From Cyanobacteriota bacterium (lineage in GTDB: Bacteria; Cyanobacteriota; Cyanobacteriia; Thermostichales; Thermostichaceae), in contig JANRIL010000005.1 in the NCBI GenBank assembly GCA_033764955.1, forward strand, positions 133,461 through 197,460: 64,000 nucleotides of DNA, written 5' to 3'. Below are positions 1-8,792 of this stretch, in pieces. How positions within the stretch are numbered: the stretch's first letter is position 1; the number at the start of each line of letters is the position of its first letter. The notes under the pieces were generated by a model that did not search any database, had not been told where the DNA came from, and saw nothing but the letters and a program-made list of their open reading frames with translations. The position numbers were made by a program, and so were the translations under genes.

Positions 1-144
1 GTGGTAGTGAATGCGGCTTTGGCTTTGCAGGTGGGAGGAATAGCCCCGACATGGGCGGAGGGAGTCGCCAAAGCCAAGGAGATTTTAGGCAGTGGGTCGG
101 CTTGGCAACGTCTTAGCCAATTGATTCACTTTTTACAAGGATAG
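1..144 (+). CDS. trpD: Anthranilate phosphoribosyltransferase, 3' end (partial)
   Basis: Frame 1 reads [13 protein letters not shown]...[22 protein letters not shown], a typical TrpD C-terminus; not in the ORF track. Confidence 0.8.
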   Translation: MVVNAALALQVGGIAPTWAEGVAKAKEILGSGSAWQRLSQLIHFLQG

Positions 145-373
145 TTTTCTTAACTTAGCAACAATCCAGAGATAAAGCGAATCAAAAATCAAACTTTTTT
201 GAAATGAATCTATTTTTCGTTTTGGGTAAGTAGGCTCTTTCGGCTAGTCATCTTGACTCTTGCTTAAAATTAGATTTTCTATTAGGTTTTTGAGAGTGAT
301 TTTCTTTTGGCTTGATGCTTTTCAGCTGATAGCGATAGTCTCTATTCATTTGTTTTCCTTTGGGTGTCAATCT

Positions 374-913
374 ATGGCAAAAGTTGCAATTGTTTATCAT
401 AGTGGTAGCGGTAGAACAGCGCTGGTGGCTGAGCGAGTTTTAGCGGGTTTGCAGAAGGTAGAAGGCATTGACACGCTGTACCTCAAGGCAGATGAAGCCA
501 CTCAAAACCTGGATAGGTTGAATGATGTGGATACGATTGTTTTAGGTACTCCTACTTATATGGGAGACGTGGCTGTTCCCATCAAGGTTTTTATGGAGGC
601 CACCGGAGGAATTTGGTTCTCCCAAAGTTGGAAAGATAAGCTGGCGGCTGGATTTACGAACTCACTGGGGTTAAGTGGCGATAAAGTCCATACCCTAACT
701 ACTTTGTCGGTTTTTGCGGCTCAACACTCGATGATTTGGATTAGCCAAGGATTGATGGCGCAGGCGGATCAGAATCGTCTCAGTAGCTGGTTGGGATTGG
801 CTACCCAGACGGATTATCAAGCTCCCTCGCCACCTGCTGTTGATCTCGAGACAGCGGAGAAATTTGGTCAACGAATTGGGGAAGTTACCCGGCGCTGGGT
901 GCGGGGTCGTTAA
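374..913 (+). CDS. Flavodoxin-family / WrbA-like NAD(P)H:quinone oxidoreductase
   Basis: IVYHSGSGRT FMN loop, GTPTYMG, WKDKLAAGFTNS; ATG at 374 preferred over the upstream TTG. Confidence 0.85.
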   Translation: MAKVAIVYHSGSGRTALVAERVLAGLQKVEGIDTLYLKADEATQNLDRLNDVDTIVLGTPTYMGDVAVPIKVFMEATGGIWFSQSWKDKLAAGFTNSLGLSGDKVHTLTTLSVFAAQHSMIWISQGLMAQADQNRLSSWLGLATQTDYQAPSPPAVDLETAEKFGQRIGEVTRRWVRGR

Positions 914-1120
914 GGGATCCCTTGTTCGCTGGGGCTAGTGGTTGGAAAACACTGAGAGGACAAAGATTAAGGGCGAATAGAGTCTATCTTCAGACCTAGC
1001 TCAGGTTTTCAGGCAATCTGTATCTCACCTTAAGGTGTGTCTCACTGAAAAGGCAGGTTAGTAAGATTAAGCTAGACCATGCGTACATCTACCGACTGAA
1101 CCGCCGGAGAACCCACTGAT

Positions 1121-2257
1121 ATGGATCGCTCAGCCGCCGTCTTACCCCTGCAATCCCCCAAGGATGTTTCGGTCTCCGAAATTGAGCAAGAACTTAACAA
1201 AGTTTGGATGGCTCACGGCGAGAATGCGGCGGCAAGAGCCGCTACTTTTACGCTGATTGTTTATGAATCGCTGGATAGTTCCTTGCTCTCCCCCTCCAAT
1301 GCGGTGGAGGCGATTGCCACGCAAAATCCCTGTCGAGTCATTGATCTGCGGGCTAAGGTTGGTTCGGCTGATCAGGCAGTGGAAGCGCAGGTAGCCGCCT
1401 ACTGTCCCGTGAATCGTCAACAAAAAAGCGCCCTCGTTTGTTGCGAATATATCACTCTGCAAGCCCCCGAATCGGCTTTTGTCCGTATCCACAGCACGGT
1501 GACTTCCCTGCTGATTCCTGATCTGCCCACGTTTCTTTGGTGGCAGGGGGATCTCGATCTCAACAGTCTCCTGTTTCAACAACTGGTCAATCTGAGCAAC
1601 CGCGTGATTGTGGATTCTCGCACCTTCCTCTATCCCGAAGAGGATCTGGGGGAAGTGCATATGCTCACCCAGGAGGGTCGCCAGTTTGGGGATCTCAACT
1701 GGAAGCGGCTGAGTTCCTGGCAGGAGCTAACGGCTCAAGCCTACGATCCCCCTGACCGTCGGCAGGCGTTACTGACCATTGACCGCGTCACGATTGACTA
1801 TAAGGCGGGGAATCCCTGTCAGGCTTATCTGTTCTTGGGCTGGCTGGCTAGCCGCCTGCAATGGGATCCCACCGCTTGGGTGCAAAAGCAGGAACATGAC
1901 TACCTGATTGATCGGATTACCTTCGTCAGTTCGGATCAGCGCACCATTGAGGCGGAACTGGCTGCCGTACCGATTGCTACCGATTCTGCCCATGTCGGGG
2001 ATCTGATTGGTCTGAAGTTGACCTCCAGCCAAACTCAGGGAGATACTACGGTTTTGTGTTCGGAAACCACCGGCTGTATGCGGATGGAATCGGGGGGGGG
2101 TGCTCAGGCGTCCTCCTGGATCCATCAAGTCTCTCCCATCGAGCACAACACGATCGAGCTATTGCTGGCGCAACAACTGCAACTGGCAGGTCAAGACCGT
2201 CTCTTTGAGGAAAGCTTGGCGGTGGTCAACCGGATCTTGCCGATCAAGCAGTCTTGA
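1121..2257 (+). CDS. opcA: Glucose-6-phosphate dehydrogenase assembly/activator protein OpcA
   Basis: PKDVSVSEIEQEL, QNPCRVI, AYCP, CCEYITL, DLNWKRLSSWQELTA motifs. Confidence 0.9.
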   Translation: MDRSAAVLPLQSPKDVSVSEIEQELNKVWMAHGENAAARAATFTLIVYESLDSSLLSPSNAVEAIATQNPCRVIDLRAKVGSADQAVEAQVAAYCPVNRQQKSALVCCEYITLQAPESAFVRIHSTVTSLLIPDLPTFLWWQGDLDLNSLLFQQLVNLSNRVIVDSRTFLYPEEDLGEVHMLTQEGRQFGDLNWKRLSSWQELTAQAYDPPDRRQALLTIDRVTIDYKAGNPCQAYLFLGWLASRLQWDPTAWVQKQEHDYLIDRITFVSSDQRTIEAELAAVPIATDSAHVGDLIGLKLTSSQTQGDTTVLCSETTGCMRMESGGGAQASSWIHQVSPIEHNTIELLLAQQLQLAGQDRLFEESLAVVNRILPIKQS

Positions 2258-2479
2258 ATCGCCGATAGTCTGGTCTCGATCCTGGGTGTAAGAACGCTCA
2301 TCCTTCTTTTGGGATGCAGCGAGACGCTGGCCGTGAGTTGTGATCCCTAAATAGCTGAGTCTTGCGGCAAGATATCCAAACAACCGTTCAGGTTGACGGG
2401 AGTATGAGATAGCATAAGAAGGAAAGCAGTAGTCCCTCATGTCTACTTTCACCTGTTCACCTATGTTGATGTCTATTTA

Positions 2480-2755
2480 ATGCGTGTTCGGTGGGGTGAA
2501 GCAAAACAACAGCAAGTTTTGGCAGAGGGTGGTATTGATTTTGGTCAGTTGAATGATCTACTCTACACTCCCTATCTCGAAGACCAACGCTCTCAGATAC
2601 CAGAGCAGTATCGAATTATCGGTTTTGCCGATGGACAATTGACAACATTCATTGTTGAGTATCGAGCCGATAAAGTGGGAGAGTATATTTGGGTTGTTAC
2701 AGCCTGGAAATCAACGAGACAGGAATGTAGAAGCTATGAGCAGCGGATTTACTGA
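2480..2755 (+). CDS. BrnT-like type II toxin
   Basis: W-x-E-A-K...GIDF N-terminus, YRIIG, TAWKSTRQE..Y C-terminus; 91 aa; overlaps the downstream antitoxin-like ORF. Confidence 0.65.
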   Translation: MRVRWGEAKQQQVLAEGGIDFGQLNDLLYTPYLEDQRSQIPEQYRIIGFADGQLTTFIVEYRADKVGEYIWVVTAWKSTRQECRSYEQRIY

Positions 2756-2993
2756 AATGAAAGATATCGAGGAAATTGCTCAGCAAGCTGACTCAGGAGC
2801 AGATATTTCTGAGCATTTCACAGGTTATTTTCAAGCAAAGCAGCAGATCAATATTGCTCTTCCCCTAGAGCTGCTAAAAAGTATTGATACCGAGTGCCAA
2901 TTACAAAAAATGAGTCGTCAAGATTGGATAAAAATGGTCTGTACCGAGAAGGTTCGAGAAATTCAGTCTGGTAGACTATCAAAGGCTGGTTAA
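2736..2993 (+). CDS. BrnA/CopG-like ribbon-helix-helix antitoxin
   Basis: ADSGADISEHF, then INIALPLELLKSIDTEC..MSRQDWIK (RHH-like); ATG at 2736 overlaps the toxin 3' end. Confidence 0.6.
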   Translation: MSSGFTEMKDIEEIAQQADSGADISEHFTGYFQAKQQINIALPLELLKSIDTECQLQKMSRQDWIKMVCTEKVREIQSGRLSKAG

Positions 2994-3051
2994 TTCTTAT
3001 CGGGGTTTTAACAATCATTAAGCTCGAATCATCCTCCCTCAAGACTTGGTT

Positions 3052-5490
3052 ATGCGGATTTCTTTGAAATGGTTGCAGGAATTGGTGGATTTTGACCTCT
3101 CTCCGGTCGAGTTAGCAGAAGCACTGACGCTGGCTGGTTTTGAAGTGGAGGATATTGAGGATCGGCGCACCTGGGCGGATGGGGTGATCGTCGGCCAGAT
3201 CCTACAAACTCAGCCTCACCCGAACGCCGATCGCTTGCAGGTTTGTCAGGTGGATGTAGGGCAGGGGGATCCCCTCACGATTGTCTGTGGAGCCGCTAAT
3301 GCCCGTGCCGGATTGACGGTGGCGGTGGCGGTGCCCGGAACTCACTTGCCCGCTTTGGGGGTAACCATCACGCAGGCGGACAAGCGAGGCGTCACGTCGG
3401 CGGGGATGATCTGTTCGTTGGCGGAGTTGGGATTAGCCAAATCTTCGGAAGGGATCCATGAGTTTGCCGAAGCCTATCGCCTGGGCAGTGATGTCAGACC
3501 CCTTTTAGGACTGGATGACGTGGTGCTGGATTTAACCTCTACTGCTAACCGCGCCGATGCCCTCAGCATGGTGGGGATTGCCCGTGAAGTGGCGGCACTC
3601 ACCCGTAATCCTGTGCGGTTGCCCAACGTTAGTCCCCTCAGCAGCAAAGGGATCCCGACATGCAAGCTAGCCATTGCCGATGCCCAGGCTTGTCCTGCCT
3701 ACAGCGGTGTTTTGATCCGTGGCGTCACGATTGGTGCTTCCCCCGACTGGTTGAGGCAACGTCTGGAGGCGGCGGGAACCCGTTCCATCAATAATGTGGT
3801 GGATATCACCAACTTGATTTTGTTGGAGTGGGGACAACCGCTGCATGCCTTTGATTGGCAAAAGCTGCAAGCCGTCATGGGATCCCACCAAGAGGTGGGG
3901 GTGCGTCTAGCTCGGGTGGGGGAAAGCCTAAAAACTCTCGATGGTAAGGAGCGCCCTTTACAGCCGGAAAACCTCTTGATCACCGCCGCTGATCAGCCCG
4001 TCGCCCTGGCAGGCGTGATGGGGGGTGAAGATACGGAAGTGAACGAACAAACTCAGGATATTTTTCTGGAAGCCGCTTTGTTCGATCCCGTGGTGATCCG
4101 CCGTTCAGCTCGTGCCCAAGGGTTACGCACCGAGGCTTCGGCTCGTTATGAGCGGGGGGTAGATTTTTCCGCCTTAGATAGAGCGCGGGATCGAGCTGTT
4201 CAGATGATTCAGCAACTGGCGGGGGGATCCTTGGTCGGACAAACCACCGTTGACCAGCGCCCCTCCCCAGAACGGCAAATCCAACTGCGGCTGTCCCGTT
4301 TGATCGATATCTTGGGCGATGATGTCAGGGCTGAGGATGTGGAAACGATTCTGCCCGCTTTAGGGTTTGTTATGTCCCCTTGCCACAAAGTGGAAACTCC
4401 TGCCAAAAAAGCGATGGCTGGACAGGAAAGTAGGACGACCGCTCAATGCGTTTGGGATGTTAGGGTGCCTGCCTATCGGCTGCGGGATATTGAGCGGGAA
4501 ATCGATCTGATCGAGGAATTTGCCCGTCTCTACGGCTATGATCACTTCTCCGAAACCCTCCCCCCCGAAACCCAGGTGGGATCCCTATCGCCACGGGAGC
4601 GCAGCCTCCGCCTGATCCGCGAAGCCTTTCGCAGCGTGGGTTTGACAGAACTGTTGAGCGTCTCCCTCTGTCCGGCAGAGAGCGGAGCAGAGGTGCTGAT
4701 TAGCAACCCCCTGTCCCCAGAATTTTCGGCGGTGCGGAGTCAACTTTTACCCGGATTGCTCGAAGCCTTTCGCTACAACTGGGATCAAGGCAACGGCGCT
4801 TTGCTGGGGTTTGAAATTGGGCGGGTTTTTGCTAAGACCGAGCAGGGCTATCAAGAGGCGGATCATCTGGCGGGCATCTTGGGCGGGGATCCCTATGCCT
4901 TCGATTGGCAACATCAGCAACATCCCTACGATTGGTATGCGGCCAAGGGACTTTTGGTAGCGGCTCTGCAACGCTTAGGTTTAGCGTTTACCTTTGCTGC
5001 CGATGCCACCGATCCCCAGTTTCATCCCGGTCGCACCGCCCAACTTTTGTTGGCAGGAACCGCCTGTGGTCGTCTAGGGCAGCTCCACCCCCAGGTGCGG
5101 CAAGCTCACGGCTTACCGGATTCTGTCTTTGCCTTTGAGTTCAACCTAGATCCCCTGCTGACGGTTTTAGAAACCAAGGGGATCCCGCAGTTTCAGGCTT
5201 TTTCCACTTTCCCTTCCTCAGATCGAGATATCGCCTTTTTCGCGCCTCAGGGGATCCCGGTAGCTCGTCTGGAGGAGGCGATTCGAGAGGCCGCTGGTCA
5301 CCTCTTGGAGTCGGTACATTTATTTGATGAATACCGTGGCACAGGCGTACCGGATCAGCAGCGTAGTCTAGCTTTCCGTTTGATTTATCGCGCCCCTGAT
5401 CGCACCTTGACGGATGCGGAGGTGGAATCAGCCCAAAAACAGGTGCGAGCCGCTCTGGAAAAGCAGTTTCAAGTCACCCTGCGGAGTTGA
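3052..5490 (+). CDS. pheT: Phenylalanine--tRNA ligase beta subunit
   Basis: MRISLKWLQELV, HPNADRL, TANRADALS, C-terminal FDX-ACB domain (RDIAF, SLAFRLIYR). Confidence 0.97.
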   Translation: MRISLKWLQELVDFDLSPVELAEALTLAGFEVEDIEDRRTWADGVIVGQILQTQPHPNADRLQVCQVDVGQGDPLTIVCGAANARAGLTVAVAVPGTHLPALGVTITQADKRGVTSAGMICSLAELGLAKSSEGIHEFAEAYRLGSDVRPLLGLDDVVLDLTSTANRADALSMVGIAREVAALTRNPVRLPNVSPLSSKGIPTCKLAIADAQACPAYSGVLIRGVTIGASPDWLRQRLEAAGTRSINNVVDITNLILLEWGQPLHAFDWQKLQAVMGSHQEVGVRLARVGESLKTLDGKERPLQPENLLITAADQPVALAGVMGGEDTEVNEQTQDIFLEAALFDPVVIRRSARAQGLRTEASARYERGVDFSALDRARDRAVQMIQQLAGGSLVGQTTVDQRPSPERQIQLRLSRLIDILGDDVRAEDVETILPALGFVMSPCHKVETPAKKAMAGQESRTTAQCVWDVRVPAYRLRDIEREIDLIEEFARLYGYDHFSETLPPETQVGSLSPRERSLRLIREAFRSVGLTELLSVSLCPAESGAEVLISNPLSPEFSAVRSQLLPGLLEAFRYNWDQGNGALLGFEIGRVFAKTEQGYQEADHLAGILGGDPYAFDWQHQQHPYDWYAAKGLLVAALQRLGLAFTFAADATDPQFHPGRTAQLLLAGTACGRLGQLHPQVRQAHGLPDSVFAFEFNLDPLLTVLETKGIPQFQAFSTFPSSDRDIAFFAPQGIPVARLEEAIREAAGHLLESVHLFDEYRGTGVPDQQRSLAFRLIYRAPDRTLTDAEVESAQKQVRAALEKQFQVTLRS

Positions 5491-5830
5491 TCCCGTTGTT
5501 CAGCAGGTAAAATACACGCTACAGACTGCCTAATAATAATGTGACAAACCGTAGTCCAGCAAAAGCAGTGGATGTGCTGGCATCGATTCTGGTTTTTCCC
5601 AGCAAATCAACACAGGTTCCTTGATGCATTGCACAAGTGTTGAATTTTAAGATTTTGAGGATTGCTGGCAAGTTATGCGTTGGGTTCAGCGATACAGAAT
5701 CCATCTTGCTATTGATGCTATTCTCAATAAATTGACTTGGATTCTCAGCTTTGCTCCAGGAAAGGTAAAGGTTTACCATTATGGTTCGACACTTTTGGAT
5801 TTGCAGGTAAAGCAAAGTAAGAAGCTGTTT

Positions 5831-6781
5831 CTAAAGATAGGCATCTAAAATTTGATGAAGGGACTGAAAGCGTGACGATAACCCAAAGGAGTTGGCATCA
5901 ACAGTTTGATATACAAAATGGCGATGTTGAATGCAATAGCGATCCCATTCAGATAGCTCAACCCGTAACAACCAGGCAATTGAAGTTAACCAATCAATAG
6001 GTAACGGGATCCGAAAATAAATACGCTTTTTGAAAAAGGCACAAACCTGTTCAATTGATTGATTGAGGGTGAGGGGAGGATTACCCAAGACCAAATCGGA
6101 CTGAGCTATCGGCTGCTCTAGCAAATAGGCCACCATGTTGGCGATATCTTCGGCATGAATAAAGTGAAAACTGGCGGATAGTTGTAAAAATCGCAGCAGA
6201 TCTAGCCAACGAATCACATCTTTGAGTCCGGCGGTGATATGGGAGTAGGGATGAAGGGCGCTGCCACCAAAAAGCAGGGTGGGATAGAGGGTGATCATGC
6301 GATCAACAAGAGCCACCTCAGAGCGGCGCATCAACATTTCATACTTGCTTTGGATATAGGCAGTCCCCGAGCGTCCGGCTATGGCAAGGGGTTGATTATA
6401 GGGGTTGAGCAGGCTAGCAGTCGAAAAATAGAGAATTTTTTGGCAAACGGAGGGATCCAATCGTTGAAAAAGGCGGAGGGTTTGTCGGACATTGATAGCT
6501 TCTGCCATCGCTGCATCCCCCCAAGCGGCGGCTAGGTGAATCACTCCCTGCATTTGGCTCAGGAGATCGGCATGATCATCAATCTGGAGGAGATCCCCCT
6601 CTAGTATGGTGATGGCTGCTGTGGCGGGAATTGGCCAGCGCAGTTTGCGGGGATCCCTGACCAAAACATACAGGTGATAGGCTGGCTGAGAGGGATCGGT
6701 GGGGTCAGTGGAACGCGCCAGCCGCTCCAAAACGTAGTGACCGACACAGCCGCTAGCTCCAGTGATAAAAATACTCTGCAA
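5831..6781 (-). CDS. NAD-dependent epimerase/dehydratase family protein
   Basis: IFITGASGCVG Rossmann motif and YIQSK (YxxxK). Confidence 0.85.
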   Translation of the reverse strand: MQSIFITGASGCVGHYVLERLARSTDPTDPSQPAYHLYVLVRDPRKLRWPIPATAAITILEGDLLQIDDHADLLSQMQGVIHLAAAWGDAAMAEAINVRQTLRLFQRLDPSVCQKILYFSTASLLNPYNQPLAIAGRSGTAYIQSKYEMLMRRSEVALVDRMITLYPTLLFGGSALHPYSHITAGLKDVIRWLDLLRFLQLSASFHFIHAEDIANMVAYLLEQPIAQSDLVLGNPPLTLNQSIEQVCAFFKKRIYFRIPLPIDWLTSIAWLLRVELSEWDRYCIQHRHFVYQTVDANSFGLSSRFQSLHQILDAYL

Positions 6782-6951
6782 GGGCTACGGTTATCCAGTG
6801 AACACATGATTTGATTAGTGTACCGCCTTGCTTGCTTTCGCTAAAGTCAAGCGAGCGTTGATTCGGGTGCGAATAGTGCTCACTCTGGCCGATATTCGGG
6901 TTCGTTTGTGGTTATTCTGGGAAATACTTCTTTGTCCCCCCTCCATTTTTT

Positions 6952-7983
6952 TTGGTTGTGACGGCTGATTCCTCTGGTTCTTGGATGGGTTCATGGCGGT
7001 CGGCTCCCTGGCTGGGGTTGGTGGTGCGCCGTTTGTTGCAGACGATTCCGGTCTTGCTGCTCATCTCTTTGCTGAGTTTTTTGCTGATTAAGTTAGCTCC
7101 CGGTGACTTTTTGGATGCGTTGCGTGCGGATCCTTCCGTCAGTCAGGAGTTTATTGCCCAAGAGGAGGCGCGCTTGGGGTTAGACAAACCCTGGTGGCAG
7201 CAGTATCTGATCTGGTTGTCCCATCTGATGGTGGGGGATCTGGGCAGTAGTTATACTTATCGGATTCCTGTTTTAGGGCTGATTGGATCCCGTGCAGGGG
7301 CAACGTTGTTGCTGTCGCTGGCTTCTCTCTTGCTCACCTGGATGATCGCGATTCCGTTGGGAATTTTGAGCGCGACTCGTCAGCATAGCTGGGTGGATCG
7401 GTTGCTGCAACTGTTCAGCTATATCGGCCAATCCATGCCCAGTTTTGTGCTAGCGATTCTTTTGCTGTTTGTGGCGCAGCAGGTGGCTAGCTTGCCGGTC
7501 GGGGGAATGACCAGTATTAACTTTGCTGATCTGCCCCCCTGGCAACAGGTGGTGGATCTGGGTCGCCATTTGCTCTTGCCTGCCCTAGCCCTCAGCATCA
7601 CGAGCTTTGCTGGATTGCAACGAATTATCCGAGGCAGTTTTTTGGATGTGATTCGCCAGGATTATATTACGGCGGCTAGGGCGCGCGGCTTGTCAGAGGG
7701 ACGGGTGATTTGGATCCATGCCCTCCGCAACGCTATCAACCCGCTGATCACCATCTTGGGCTTTGAATTTGCCAGTCTGTTGAGTGGATCGTTTATTGCT
7801 GAGTTTTTCTTTAACTGGCCTGGGTTGGGCAAGCTGATTCTGGAAGCCGTGCAAAGCTATGACATCAATGTGGTGATGGCGAGTCTGTTGTTGGGATCCC
7901 TGATGCTGATGCTGGGCAATTTGCTGGCGGATCTGATGCTGCAAGTGGTGGATCCGCGGATTCAACTGGATCGGCTGGAGTGA
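6952..7983 (+). CDS. Peptide/nickel ABC transporter permease (OppB/DppB family)
   Basis: LAPGD, GLDKP..QY..WL, DYITAARARGL EAA loop, FNWPGLG; exact start uncertain. Confidence 0.9.
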   Translation: MVVTADSSGSWMGSWRSAPWLGLVVRRLLQTIPVLLLISLLSFLLIKLAPGDFLDALRADPSVSQEFIAQEEARLGLDKPWWQQYLIWLSHLMVGDLGSSYTYRIPVLGLIGSRAGATLLLSLASLLLTWMIAIPLGILSATRQHSWVDRLLQLFSYIGQSMPSFVLAILLLFVAQQVASLPVGGMTSINFADLPPWQQVVDLGRHLLLPALALSITSFAGLQRIIRGSFLDVIRQDYITAARARGLSEGRVIWIHALRNAINPLITILGFEFASLLSGSFIAEFFFNWPGLGKLILEAVQSYDINVVMASLLLGSLMLMLGNLLADLMLQVVDPRIQLDRLE

Positions 7984-7990
7984 AAGTGGT

Positions 7991-8512
7991 TCAGCCCAGG
8001 CGGCGGGCTTGCAGATGGCTGAAGTGATATTCGACCGAGCCATTTTCCAGGTTGTTTTCGGGGGAGGTTAAGCCCCGTCGTACCAATTCCCGAAAGGCGT
8101 TTTCGATATCATCAAAATCGGCATTCACCTGAATAATCGCTTGCGAAACCGTCAGGATCCCTTGGTTGTCTTGAGCCAGCCGCATGATCTCTCGCATCAG
8201 GGCTTGCCCTTTGAGGGGGCGGGGCGGGTTGGGCAGGGGCGGGTTGGCAGGGGTGGGGGGCGGGGATCCGTAGAGGAGGCGTTGTTTGAGGTTAAATTCC
8301 TCTACCATGCCAGGGATAAAGAACAGATCCAGCAGTTGCCCGATAAATAGCCAGCCTAGGGTGAAAAACCACAGAAGGCCGCTTCCGGTTTTTCCGGCAT
8401 AAAGGCGGTGGATGCCACTAAACCCGAAAAAGCCCAAACACCAGAGGGCGTAAGCCATGCCGACGGAGCGTTGGGGAACCGTAACCAGATAGCGTGACTC
8501 CATGATGGACAA
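7991..8512 (-). CDS. TM2/NINE-domain membrane protein
   Basis: AYALWCLGFFGFSGIHRLYAGK..G TM2 motif, Pro-rich linker, C-terminal wHTH-like segment. Confidence 0.8.
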   Translation of the reverse strand: MSIMESRYLVTVPQRSVGMAYALWCLGFFGFSGIHRLYAGKTGSGLLWFFTLGWLFIGQLLDLFFIPGMVEEFNLKQRLLYGSPPPTPANPPLPNPPRPLKGQALMREIMRLAQDNQGILTVSQAIIQVNADFDDIENAFRELVRRGLTSPENNLENGSVEYHFSHLQARRLG

Positions 8513-8792
8513 CCCTGACCAAACTCCTCCTTCATCCTATTTTAGGCAAGGGATCCCTGCCCATAAGCAAGTGTTCCGTCCTGTTGACGCCTTACGGTTA
8601 CCTATACTTACCATTCTCCCTGCTTCCCCAAAACCTTGAGGCCAGATAGGAACGGCACAAGCCACAATGGACGGAGAGGGATCCCGTTGAGGTTAGCGAA
8701 ACGAACCGCATCCACCCTAAAATGGGCAGACCTGTTGCCGTTTGAAATTTTTGTCCCCGTCCTTTTGCTCTCCTTAACGAATTGTGATTGCT

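Noticed and set aside
2159..2452. 97-aa minus-strand ORF
   Set aside because: Overlaps the opcA 3' end and has no recognisable motif
5503..5815. AT-rich 98-aa ORF, with GCAGGTAAA repeated at about 5503 and 5803 as a possible target duplication
   Set aside because: No recognisable protein in the frames I read and no terminal inverted repeats; the 9-bp match may be chance
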